Shown here in pieces: positions 54,691 to 64,000 of a stretch of DNA of 64,000 nucleotides (positions within the stretch are counted from its first letter, which is position 1; each line of letters begins with the position of its first letter). The notes beneath the pieces are model-generated. The model ran no database searches. It saw only the letters and a list, made by a program, of their open reading frames with translations, and had not been told where the DNA came from. The position numbers were made by a program, and so were the translations under genes. This DNA comes from a virus. The DNA lies in the IMG/VR virus record IMGVR_UViG_3300027833_000028, positions 1-64,000 of that record, one strand, 5' to 3'.

Positions 54691-57600
54691 ATGGAAAACG
54701 AATCAAAAACACCATTACAAGAACTCAACCAAGCATCTTTAAGACCTGCCCCAAGTGTAATACCTGACGGGCAGTTCCGCTTTGAGCCTATTGAAGAGTT
54801 GTTTGAAACCCCAGAGGAAAAGTTTAATGATTATGCTATGAGTGGTAATTTAGCTGCTGATGATATATCTGGAGTTAATTTAGTGAAGTCTGATATAGAT
54901 AAATATGGTATTGGAGCTATGGCTAGTTTGGGTATAGCTGATCCTGGTACTGCTACTGATACATATAATCCAATAAAACAAAATAGACCTGATAGTAATG
55001 AGAATACCTTTTCAATGACGAAGAGGTTACTAACTTTAGATGACACACCTGTGTCAGAGAAAAAGGTTGCCCCTGCATTTTCAGGCATGAGGCAAACTCA
55101 ATTTATGAGGTATTACGAACATCCTGAATTTAATAACTTAGGATATTCTCCATATGCAAATATGGAAAACTACTATAATGAAAACTCAACTATTTATGAT
55201 GACATGGCTAGGATGAGAGGAAACTGGTGGTCATTAGTTGGTACTGGTCTTGATTCTGTATATGGATCTATGTTTAGTGGAGGAGATTTTTTAGAACCTG
55301 ATCTTGAATCTGCTACTGCATTTGAAGACAAGATGGGAATCATGAGTTCTACAAGAGGTGGTTTTGGAGGCTTTGTAAATAACCTAGCAGCTAACTCTGC
55401 TTACACGGGAGGTATACTTATTTCTATAGCAGCTGAAGAATTGATATTAGCTGGAGTAACTGCTTTGTCTGGAGGTACAGCAGCACCAGTTACTATTGCT
55501 AAGACAGGTGCAAATGTTGTTAAAGGTGCTAAAGCAATTTTTAGCTTTACTAAAATGTTTGAAAAAACAAGAAAGATATTATCAAAAGCTAAAGAGATTG
55601 AAACTGCTAGAGATTTTTGGGTTGCCGCTAATGGTGGTAGAAAGATGGTTGCTGGTGCATTAAAAAAAGGATTTACCCCAAACACTTATAAAGCATTTAA
55701 AGAAATAAAGACTGCAAAAAATGCAGGTCAAAATATGTCTAATCTTGCCAAAATGAATTTAAAGTTTGGTGGATTTTATAGAGATATGAGAGCTGTTAAT
55801 TTAGCTGCGTCAGAGGCTAAGCTTGAAGCAGGTATGGCATACAACCAAGTCTTGAAGAATGGTATGAATAATTATTCTGCTGCTAATGGAGGCAAGAGTG
55901 TTGATGAATATGAAATGTCAAGAATTAGTAATGCGGCTAATAAAGCAGCATTTAAAACTATGATTGCTAATGCTCCTTTAATATATGCAAGCAACTGGCT
56001 TGTTCTTGGTAATGCATTAGGTGGATTTCAAAGAGGTGTTCAAAATACATTAGGTTCTGCTTTTGGAAAAGGCATTACTAAAAATGTAATTAATACAGCA
56101 GGTAAAAAAGTTGTTGATGCTGCGGGTAAAGTAATTAAAAATCCTTTTAAATATTTAGGAGGAAAAGAAGCAGGGTTCTTAGGACTCAAAAGATTAGGTG
56201 CAAAAATTAAAGCTGCTGGTGGTTGGAAAAGTGTGGCTGGTAGTGGTAGTATAGTTATGTTAGATTACTTTGCTGCAAATGTTGCAGAAGGTATACAAGA
56301 AGTTTCTCAAGAAGCAATTTCTGCAGCAACTGTTGGATACTATACAGAAATACTACAGAACCCAGCACAAGGTGGAGTTGCTTTGCAAAATCAAATGATA
56401 CTATCAGCAATGGGAGATCAGTTTTCTTCTGAAGGTGCTGGTGTATTTATGTCTGGTTTTTTAATGGGTGGTCTTGTACAACCTGTTCAATCAGTTTTTA
56501 TGCAAGGTGTACCTTCTGTATTTAAGTATGGATTACAGGAAGCAGGTATAGGTCTAGCCACAAAGAAACAAAAGGAAACCTACGCTGAGTTTAGAAAAAC
56601 AAAGGACGAGATGATAGAGAGAATTGTTGACTCCTATAATAAATCTTGGAATAGTCAGGCTATAGATCCTTCTGAACTTTTTGATGTAAATAGATTAAAC
56701 TTCATGGTTCAGAAAGAGATGGCTGAAAAAATGAAAGATAGTACTTACAGACAAGATTTCTTTGGATTTAAAGATGCAGCAGATAATGCTAAGTTTCAGC
56801 AGTTCTATACTATGTTTGAAACTAATGGTACACAAAACTTTAGAAATCAACTACAAGGATTTTTAGAAATGTCTGATACTGAAATGATTGAGGCCTTTCC
56901 TGGAGTATCTAAGAAAGATCAAAAAGATGGTAAGTTAAGACAACGTATAAATGACACTATTATCCAGATGGATAAAATGGAAGAGAATTATAATAAACTT
57001 AAAGATAAATTTATTAATCCATTTGATGAAACAAAATATAACCGCAAGACACAAGAGAAAGAATACATTAATGAGTTAGTAAATAGAGCAGGGTATGATC
57101 ATGCACGTTATTTATATATGTTTACTAATCAAGGATTCATGTCTGCTGTAGAAAGAGCAGATGGAATATACAGTAAACTTCAAGCAGAACCATTATTTCA
57201 AAAAATGGCTGCTAGTGATATTACTACTTTGCTTGACCCAGCATCAATAGAAAGAGAGATAATTATTCTTGAACAAGAAATTGAAGCCTTTGAAGGAACC
57301 CCAGAAGGAGCAGCAACAGCAGCATCACCTAAAAAGGAAAAAATAAATAGACTTAAAGCTATTCAAAAGATTGTTAATGATCCTAAAAATAGATTTAAGA
57401 ACGGAACATTTAAAAGAAACAAGGCACTTAAAGACAGTTTAAGGTCAGAGTTTAAAAACTATGTAAGATTCCTAGCAAAGAATGAAGGTTCTTTTATTAA
57501 TGAAGATAATATTGATTCTGCATTAACTGATATTGTAGACTACTATGCTTTAAACAATAGAGCTAAGGTGTATGATAAGGCAATTGAGTTCATGAATAAC

Positions 57601-60600
57601 CCTGAGAAATTTGCTGAAATGGTAGCTAGATCTCAAGCTCTATCTAAAAATAGATTAGATGGCAGAATTAAAGAAACAAAAGCTGCATTAGAAAAATACA
57701 CAGATATTATTTTAGCAAATCAATTAGTAAATGATTTAACTAAAGATCCAATTGGAGCTTATGCTGATGAAGGGCAAATGGCATTGTTTTTACAAACAGG
57801 AGATTCACGCTTTTTAATAAACTTCTATGATGAAAATGGAGAGATAATTGAAGGTGTTCATGATGTTAAGTATAAAATGATACAAAGACTTATTGAGGTA
57901 TATAACTCTACTAGGTCTGATCAAACAACTGAAAAGGATTTAACAGAAGATCAAAAAGAAGATGCTAAAGTTAATGATGTAGAAAATCAAAAGTCTGATA
58001 TTGAAATGATGCTTGAGAATGCAGGTATTGAATTATCTGTTGATACAATAACTATAAGCCCATATCTAGATGAGGTCTTAAGAAACGCATATAGAAAGTA
58101 TAAAGCAAGAATGGCTGCCTCTGGTAAGCCCAGCTTATCTGCACAAGAATGGAAAAGTACTGCTGAGGCATTAGATTTAAAAAATGTTTTTAATGCTATT
58201 AAACAAGTATGGGCAGCTGGTGCAATGACACAAAACCCTGCTGGAGAAACTTTATTTACAAGTCCTATAGAGCAATCACTTGTTGACTCTGATACAGGAT
58301 TTAAAGAATTTTTATCTACACCTAAACAGCAATTGTTAGCAGAGAACCCATTAATTACTTCAATATTAAATCAAACAACTATTACACTAGATGATATATT
58401 TGAGCAACCAAACGTTGCTGATAATACAGAAGTAGCTGGAGGAGTAGATCCTGTTGGTGAAGGTGTAGTTGCTGATCTATATAAACGAGAAGTAAAAACA
58501 TCCGGAGAAGAAACAATTATAATCTATGAGTTACTTGATAAAAAAGGAAATAAATTATCTCCTGAAATATTAGATTTTGTAGATGAACAATTTGATTCAT
58601 TAAGAGGAACATTTAATGAGTCTCAGGCTACTGAAGCATATGAAGCTTTAAAAGCTATTGATTCACAAGCACCAGATTCAACACCGTTTGAGTTTGATGG
58701 TGTTGACGGTTTGTTTTATGGAATGACTATTTACAAAGGAAGTGAAAAGTATATTATAATTCAAAAGCCTAACAAATCAAAAACATTTGGTAAGAATCAA
58801 AAGCTTAGAGTAATTAAAGCATCTAATAATGTAGGACCAATATCTGAAAGAAAATTTGAGTACATAAAACAAGGTGAGTTTTCAAATGTATTTACTCAAG
58901 AAGAAATAACAATGGATGTATTGGATGACACTGTTAGTAAATTAGATGTCAACTCATTACTTAGTCCTTATGCACATGCAAATAGAGCAGATACAAAAGG
59001 TATGTCTGAAGATGCAATAGCATCAATGATGACATCACAAAATGCTGAAGGTAAGGAAAGATTAAAAATTATATTAAAGGAATTAACTACTGAGGAAAGA
59101 GAACAGTTAGAATTTGTTGTATATGCAAATCCTAGCCCAACAACTGTAAATGATTATGTTATACGTAATATGTCAGGTGTTGAATATAAATCAGCTAATC
59201 CTCTTATAAAAAGATATTCTAGTGAATATGTTATTGGTATTAGAATAAACAATACAGTAACTCAAGAAAGAATAAATGCAAAATTAATTGAACAGAAGGT
59301 TGATCCAAGTGATTCACCAGATGGAATTTTTGCATATATGAATAATGCTTCATTCTTAATTAAAGATCAATTGACAGGAGCTGATGTAGATCCTAGAACA
59401 ATGAACTTAAGACAAGCTCAAAATGTAATGTATAGTGCGTTTGGAAAAACCATTACTACAGAAGAGCAGTTAAAAGAAATACAAAAAGCATTTATTCTAA
59501 ATTCTATAATTACTACAACATTTAACAATCTTGGTGTAGATGGAGAGAAGCAATTCTTTGGTATTAATGATCTACCTTTTAATATTGATTTAAATCAGAA
59601 AGGTGGTAGAACAGTATATAGCAATGGTAATCCTGTGTTTATAGAAGCTCTTGACTATCAATATGCTGATGAAAATAATAACTACTTTGTGTTTGATTTA
59701 AAGTATGACAAAGGAGTTGGTGGAAGAATATATAACTATAGTTCAACTGCAGAGGATAGTGTTGCTTTAGAAAAACAAATTCTCCTTCAATTAGAAAAGC
59801 AAGGTATTAATAAAGATACTATGCTAGCTGGTAAAGACAGATATTTAGCTGCAGTAAAGTTACCCAATGGGCAGTATAGATTGGTTAATCTTAAAGCTGT
59901 ATCATATACAAAAATAGAACGTGATGCACTTTTTGTTGAAATAATTGACAAGTCCAAAGAGATTCAAAAGATTAAAGATGCTGCCAAAAGACAAGCTGCA
60001 GCATTTAAATATAATGAGGAACTGCAAGAAAAACTTTTCCTAAGTAGTGCACGAGGGAATCAAATTGAATTAAACATTGGTGAAGACGGTAGCATATACT
60101 TATCACTTGACAGAACTGTTGGAGAAGAAAATGAAAAGATTGCTAATGAAGGAATTGATACCGATGTAGTTAATTCAGATACAGATGCTGTTAAGATTAT
60201 AGAAGGTTTATTTACTAAGTATAATAGTAATGAGGCAGTAAATGATTATGATGCAAAAATAAGAGATAAGAATATAAGAAAGTCTTTTCCAACTGGAGCT
60301 CCTACTCAAGATATTATTGATAAGAGTACAACTGAGGTTGCTATACAGGTTGCAACGGACAATTCATTAGTGCTTTCTGCTGAGGCAGATGCAATAAATG
60401 CACAGAGAGCTGTTGCATTTGCTAGCATTAAACCTAAAAATGAAGACAGAAGAGTTGAAGATGAGGCAGCTTTACCTGAGATAGCAGAAGAAGCTGAGGA
60501 TAGTACTGCAGACATGTCAGATGATGAGATACAAAAAAGGGTTGATAATGACTTTAATAGTAATCCATTAGGCATTGAGCATATAATCAATAAGGAACTT

Positions 60601-63600
60601 AGAGGTGAAGAACTTAATGATGCAGAAAAGAAAATGATGAATAACCCTGTTATTGCTAACGGGGTAAACATACGTGTTAGTTTAGCAGGTGGTAGAGGAA
60701 GTCTAGTACCTGAAGGAAAAACAAAAGAAACCTCATTAGATAAAGAAAAAGCAAAACTAAAAGCACTTAGAGATAAATTAATAGAAGGTAAAAAAGGTGT
60801 AGATAAAATTGATGCTTTAGATAAAAGTCCTGAGTATCAAAAACAATTAGCATTAGTAAAGAAGCTTTCTAAAACAGCAAACAAATTAGTTGAAGCAACT
60901 ACAGAAACAGAAAGAATAGAAGACTATAATGAATTTCTTGACTGGGCTAATGAATCATTACCATCTATAATTGGTATTGAAGATATTTTAACATTGGCTG
61001 ATAACGGTATTAGCAAAGGCTACAAAAGAGTTGGTGCATTTGTATTAGATATCCATCAAGTAGCTGGGGGTGTCAGTGTAAACGGAACTGTTTATGTTGG
61101 GGCAAACAATCCATTTAAATATCATGAGGCTTTTCATGGTGTGTTTAGAATGTTACTTACACAAGAACAAATAGATAGATACAGAAAGTTTGCTAAGATA
61201 GAACTAAAAGCAAAATATGGCTCTCAATATAAAACAGAGCTAGAAAAATTTAGAACTTCTGCTAAGCAATATGAAGACATGTCTGATCTTGAATTAGAAA
61301 ATGAATTTGCAGAAGAATACATGGCAGATGAATTTGAAGCATTTAAAAAAGATCCTAGAAGTTCAAAAACCAATACAGAAATAAAATCATTTTTTACTAA
61401 GATAATAGAATGGATTAAAGGTGTGCTAGGTAAATACACATCTAATGAACTTCTAACATTATATGAAAATATTGATGCTGGTAAGTTTAAGAGTGCAACA
61501 TTACAACAAAATGAATTTACTTCTTTAGCAGGAATAACTGTTGCTAATGCTTTAGTAAGACATGATGTAGTATCTAAAGATGAAGATGTATCAGGTTTCT
61601 TATATTTAGATTCTGATGTAGTAGATCCTTTAATTAGATCTATGGCAGGTATGTTTATAACTAAGGTTAATAAAATAGAAGAAGCAACTTATAATCCTAA
61701 TGATGTTTATAATGACTTGTCTAGAGACTTTAGAGTCTTATTAGATCCAGATGACCCAAGCAATAAAATCTTAGGGCCTGGTAAAGTTAAACAACTTCAA
61801 GAATTAGAAGATGCATTTACTAATTACCCAGAAGATATTAAGAAAGAAGTTTTTGGTTTAATTAATATTATATCAGATCAAGATTCACAAAATGAATTAA
61901 ATTCAGAAATTGAAGAGGACGGAACAGGAGTAAGAAAAGCAGATGAATTTGATAAAGATGCATCTGAGATAGGTGGATTTAATTCATTGGCTCAGAAGGT
62001 GAGAGCATATATTGCTACAACAACAATGGTAGGTGTTGACTTTTTTGGTAAGACTGAATTAAAAGATGGTGTGCCTTTGATTGTACCTGTCAAATTTAAT
62101 GAAGCATATAACGGATTATTAAAAGCTGTTTCAAACATAAGTGATCCTATAGTAATGCTAAGAAGGATGTATACATATTCAAGGTTAAATCCTAATATGT
62201 CTTCTGTAGTTGATAAGCTATTTAATGATGCAAACTTAGACCTTGATACCTTGGCTTCTGATACACCATTTATAAATGTATCTAATCCAAACCTATTACA
62301 ATCAATGCTTAAAGGTTTTGAAAACTATAAGGTAGATTATTTATTCAATGAAAGAGATGGTGCAGGAAACATACTAATATACACCGCATCTGAAAGAGAT
62401 GATATAAATGCTCAACTAGACGAATGGTCTCAAGCATATATATTTAAAAGAAAACAAATGAACCTTGATGCTTCAGGTAGCAGGATAGAGGATTTACTTG
62501 GTCTGGTTAAGAACATGGAGAATATACTTGGATCAAAAACCAAGAACAAATCAAACGAAGCAACTCAAAAACTTGCAGTAGAGCATTCAGAAAAATTATT
62601 TGAATTAACTGGGATAAGATTAAGTCCAATGTTTCTTAACTACAGTTACGTTAAAACATTTGACTACAGTAAACTAGATGCTGAGCAAAAGATATTATAT
62701 AACTCATATTCTATAGAGCCAATATCAGAACAGTTCTTAGTTACTTTGTATGATCTTATGTATAAGGATTCTAATATATTTTCTAAGAAGTCTGATGGTA
62801 TGGCTTCTAGACTTACCTATATCAGTTTAAGTAACGCTGCGCTTGATGAGTCTATTGGAGCATCTTCTTTTATTAATCCTAATGGAGATTTGGTTTATGG
62901 ACATCAACTACCAACTTATCATTTAAAAGCGGTAGCACAATTAAACAACTCAAATATATTAGATAAATTTTCTGCTGATAAATATTTAGATAGAAATTAT
63001 TTATTAAATAATGTAGCATTTCTAAATTTATCTGATCAAGGTAGAATTAAAGTAACTAGAATAGCAGGTAGTAAAATAAAATCTGTTGTTTCTACTGATC
63101 TAAACAATGATGCTCAAGAAGATATATTAAATACATCTTTGAATGATAGTAGATCTACACAAAGCTTTGGTGAGTTTACTCCTCAAGAGTTTGCTGTATC
63201 TTTAATTAATAATTACGTTGCTAACTTTAACAGAAGAAGTGGTAAGAATGATATGGTAGATGGTGTTGGACAAATACCTACAGCAACAGCACCTGTATTC
63301 TTACGAGTTATGGAAGCTGCTAATACAGGAGACTTAGTTAGTCTGCCTATAATTAAAGCGGTAACAATGAAAGGTGATAATGTTGAATTAACACCTCAAC
63401 TTGTAAATGCATTTATAAATAGAATAGCATCAGAGTTTGAAAGAATAAACAGAGAAGCTATAGCCTTTGAAGAATTTGGAGATAATATTGCAGGTTATAA
63501 TGATTCTATGCAAGGCAGAGCATTTAGTTTTGTAAACACAGGTTTGTTATTAGATCCTCTTACTCAGCAAACATTAGCTAATGTAGCTATCACAGCAGGT

Positions 63601-64000
63601 AAGGCTAAACAAGAAATGACATTTGAACAAGGAGTTAAGTTAGCATTGGGTATATCTACTTCAGGTATAAGAGCCGAAGTGGAAAATGGATTAAATGAAG
63701 CATTTGCAGGATTTGATGCAATGCTTAATAAACTTCAAGTAAAGAATAATTTATCTACTCAAGTTAGACAAGGATTAACAATAGGTGAAGGGGTGGCTAG
63801 AACTATGGTTGATATAGCCGGTTCTCAGTTAAACTTAAATACTAATGAATCACATAACTTACAACAGATATTTTTTAATAACTGGATTAACGCAGCATCA
63901 ATTAATGATCTTTTATTAGGAGATCAAGCAGTCTCTTTACAAAGTATGATTGATAAAGTTAAAAGAGCTAAGCTAAATAATTCTGCATATTACAGTGCAT
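54691..64000 (+). CDS. Giant virion protein (over 3100 aa, 3' truncated) with a zincin-like metallopeptidase motif; probable virion RNA polymerase-associated polyprotein
   Basis: ATG 54691 (MENESKTPLQ); frame 1 is open wherever spot-checked, and the track lists no closed + ORF here. Hydrophobic G/A-rich segments, AEGIQEVSQE, HEAFH at 61123-61137, EEYMADEF at about 61312-61335. Confidence 0.85.
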   Translation, partial: MENESKTPLQELNQASLRPAPSVIPDGQFRFEPIEELFETPEEKFNDYAMSGNLAADDISGVNLVKSDIDKYGIGAMASLGIADPGTATDTYNPIKQNRPDSNENTFSMTKRLLTLDDTPVSEKKVAPAFSGMRQTQFMRYYEHPEFNNLGYSPYANMENYYNENSTIYDDMARMRGNWWSLVGTGLDSVYGSMFSGGDFLEPDLESATAFEDKMGIMSSTRGGFGGFVNNLAANSAYTGGILISIAAEELILAGVTALSGGTAAPVTIAKTGANVVKGAKAIFSFTKMFEKTRKILSKAKEIETARDFWVAANGGRKMVAGALKKGFTPNTYKAFKEIKTAKNAGQNMSNLAKMNLKFGGFYRDMRAVNLAASEAKLEAGMAYNQVLKNGMNNYSAANGGKSVDEYEMSRISNAANKAAFKTMIANAPLIYASNWLVLGNALGGFQRGVQNTLGSAFGKGITKNVINTAGKKVVDAAGKVIKNPFKYLGGKEAGFLGLKRLGAKIKAAGGWKSVAGSGSIVMLDYFAANVAEGIQEVSQEAISAATVGYYTEILQNPAQGGVALQNQMILSAMGDQFSSEGAGVFMSGFLMGGLVQPVQSVFMQGVPSVFKYGLQEAGIGLATKKQKETYAEFRKTKDEMIERIVDSYNKSWNSQAIDPSELFDVNRLNFMVQKEMAEKMKDSTYRQDFFGFKDAADNAKFQQFYTMFETNGTQNFRNQLQGFLEMSDTEMIEAFPGVSKKDQKDGKLRQRINDTIIQMDKMEENYNKLKDKFINPFDETKYNRKTQEKEYINELVNRAGYDHARYLYMFTNQGFMSAVERADGIYSKLQAEPLFQKMAASDITTLLDPASIEREIIILEQEIEAFEGTPEGAATAASPKKEKINRLKAIQKIVNDPKNRFKNGTFKRNKALKDSLRSEFKNYVRFLAKNEGSFINEDNIDSALTDIVDYYALNNRAKVYDKAIEFMNNPEKFAEMVARSQALSKNRLDGRIKETKAALEKYTDIILANQLVNDLTKDPIGAYADEGQMALFLQTGDSRFLINFYDENGEIIEGVHDVKYKMIQRLIEVYNSTRSDQTTEKDLTEDQKEDAKVNDVENQKSDIEMMLENAGIELSVDTITISPYLDEVLRNAYRKYKARMAASGKPSLSAQEWKSTAEALDLKNVFNAIKQVWAAGAMTQNPAGETLFTSPIEQSLVDSDTGFKEFLSTPKQQLLAENPLITSILNQTTITLDDIFEQPNVADNTEVAGGVDPVGEGVVADLYKREVKTSGEETIIIYELLDKKGNKLSPEILDFVDEQFDSLRGTFNESQATEAYEALKAIDSQAPDSTPFEFDGVDGLFYGMTIYKGSEKYIIIQKPNKSKTFGKNQKLRVIKASNNVGPISERKFEYIKQGEFSNVFTQEEITMDVLDDTVSKLDVNSLLSPYAHANRADTKGMSEDAIASMMTSQNAEGKERLKIILKELTTEEREQLEFVVYANPSPTTVNDYVIRNMSGVEYKSANPLIKRYSSEYVIGIRINNTVTQERINAKLIEQKVDPSDSPDGIFAYMNNASFLIKDQLTGADVDPRTMNLRQAQNVMYSAFGKTITTEEQLKEIQKAFILNSIITTTFNNLGVDGEKQFFGINDLPFNIDLNQKGGRTVYSNGNPVFIEALDYQYADENNNYFVFDLKYDKGVGGRIYNYSSTAEDSVALEKQILLQLEKQGINKDTMLAGKDRYLAAVKLPNGQYRLVNLKAVSYTKIERDALFVEIIDKSKEIQKIKDAAKRQAAAFKYNEELQEKLFLSSARGNQIELNIGEDGSIYLSLDRTVGEENEKIANEGIDTDVVNSDTDAVKIIEGLFTKYNSNEAVNDYDAKIRDKNIRKSFPTGAPTQDIIDKSTTEVAIQVATDNSLVLSAEADAINAQRAVAFASIKPKNEDRRVEDEAALPEIAEEAEDSTADMSDDEIQKRVDNDFNSNPLGIEHIINKELRGEELNDAEKKMMNNPVIANGVNIRVSLAGGRGSLVPEGKTKETSLDKEKAKLKALRDKLIEGKKGVDKIDALDKSPEYQKQLALVKKLSKTANKLVEATTETERIEDYNEFLDWANESLPSIIGIEDILTLADNGISKGYKRVGAFVLDIHQVAGGVSVNGTVYVGANNPFKYHEAFHGVFRMLLTQEQIDRYRKFAKIELKAKYGSQYKTELEKFRTSAKQYEDMSDLELENEFAEEYMADEFEAFKKDPRSSKTNTEIKSFFTKIIEWIKGVLGKYTSNELLTLYENIDAGKFKSATLQQNEFTSLAGITVANALVRHDVVSKDEDVSGFLYLDSDVVDPLIRSMAGMFITKVNKIEEATYNPNDVYNDLSRDFRVLLDPDDPSNKILGPGKVKQLQELEDAFTNYPEDIKKEVFGLINIISDQDSQNELNSEIEEDGTGVRKADEFDKDASEIGGFNSLAQKVRAYIATTTMVGVDFFGKTELKDGVPLIVPVKFNEAYNGLLKAVSNISDPIVMLRRMYTYSRLNPNMSSVVDKLFNDANLDLDTLASDTPFINVSNPNLLQSMLKGFENYKVDYLFNERDGAGNILIYTASERDDINAQLDEWSQAYIFKRKQMNLDASGSRIEDLLGLVKNMENILGSKTKNKSNEATQKLAVEHSEKLFELTGIRLSPMFLNYSYVKTFDYSKLDAEQKILYNSYSIEPISEQFLVTLYDLMYKDSNIFSKKSDGMASRLTYISLSNAALDESIGASSFINPNGDLVYGHQLPTYHLKAVAQLNNSNILDKFSADKYLDRNYLLNNVAFLNLSDQGRIKVTRIAGSKIKSVVSTDLNNDAQEDILNTSLNDSRSTQSFGEFTPQEFAVSLINNYVANFNRRSGKNDMVDGVGQIPTATAPVFLRVMEAANTGDLVSLPIIKAVTMKGDNVELTPQLVNAFINRIASEFERINREAIAFEEFGDNIAGYNDSMQGRAFSFVNTGLLLDPLTQQTLANVAITAGKAKQEMTFEQGVKLALGISTSGIRAEVENGLNEAFAGFDAMLNKLQVKNNLSTQVRQGLTIGEGVARTMVDIAGSQLNLNTNESHNLQQIFFNNWINAASINDLLLGDQAVSLQSMIDKVKRAKLNNSAYYSA

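Larger units (their letters stand above)
1..64000 (+). mobile_element. Segment of a crAss-like (Crassvirales-type) bacteriophage genome: virion structure, packaging and cargo module
   Basis: Terminase-portal-scaffold-MCP block; then IHF-like, ring and muzzle-type genes; then giant cargo proteins, one with a zincin motif. This matches the known crAss-like gene order. Single coding strand, no host housekeeping genes, no integrase seen. Confidence 0.88.

Noticed and set aside
319-61439. All minus-strand ORFs in the track (e.g. 9025-9489, 28074-28538, 47628-48008, 60306-60671)
   Set aside because: They lie antisense to long, motif-bearing + strand genes and have the S/F/L/I-rich composition of shadow frames.
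1-64000. Stop-codon reassignment, as in some crAss-like phages
   Set aside because: Genes are full length under the standard code. TAG ends the portal and MCP genes (the latter followed by a terminator), and TGA ends the nuclease gene.

Overview
This AT-rich window is the virion-morphogenesis arm of a lytic crAss-like (Crassvirales-type) phage, most likely infecting a Bacteroidota host. Host evidence: TAnnTTTG promoter boxes and A-rich leaders without Shine-Dalgarno sites. Every credible gene is on the + strand. Order: amidase endolysin, HU/IHF-like protein, PD-(D/E)XK nuclease, GroES, large terminase, portal, putative scaffold, major capsid protein, head/ring proteins, a fibre cluster (collagen, FN3, vWA, Asp-box), metallophosphoesterase, second IHF-like protein, ring/tube proteins, 2172-aa muzzle-type protein, then five large cargo-type proteins. 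The last (54691 to beyond 64000, over 3100 aa) is missing from the ORF track and carries a zincin HExxH motif. The most unusual signal is in three consecutive cargo proteins (41143-51347). They are punctuated by about 18 copies of a short KAQxGG-like motif that falls at module boundaries, and one module is a His/Cys caspase-fold protease. This suggests a phage polyprotein-processing or cargo-tagging system. Other leads: a four-way-junction RNA at 13162-13247, a candidate small RNA whose loop is antisense to an AAAACCAA leader motif, and a recurrent TTTGTATATTAT promoter-like motif. All family assignments come from motif reading and synteny; no database searches were run.
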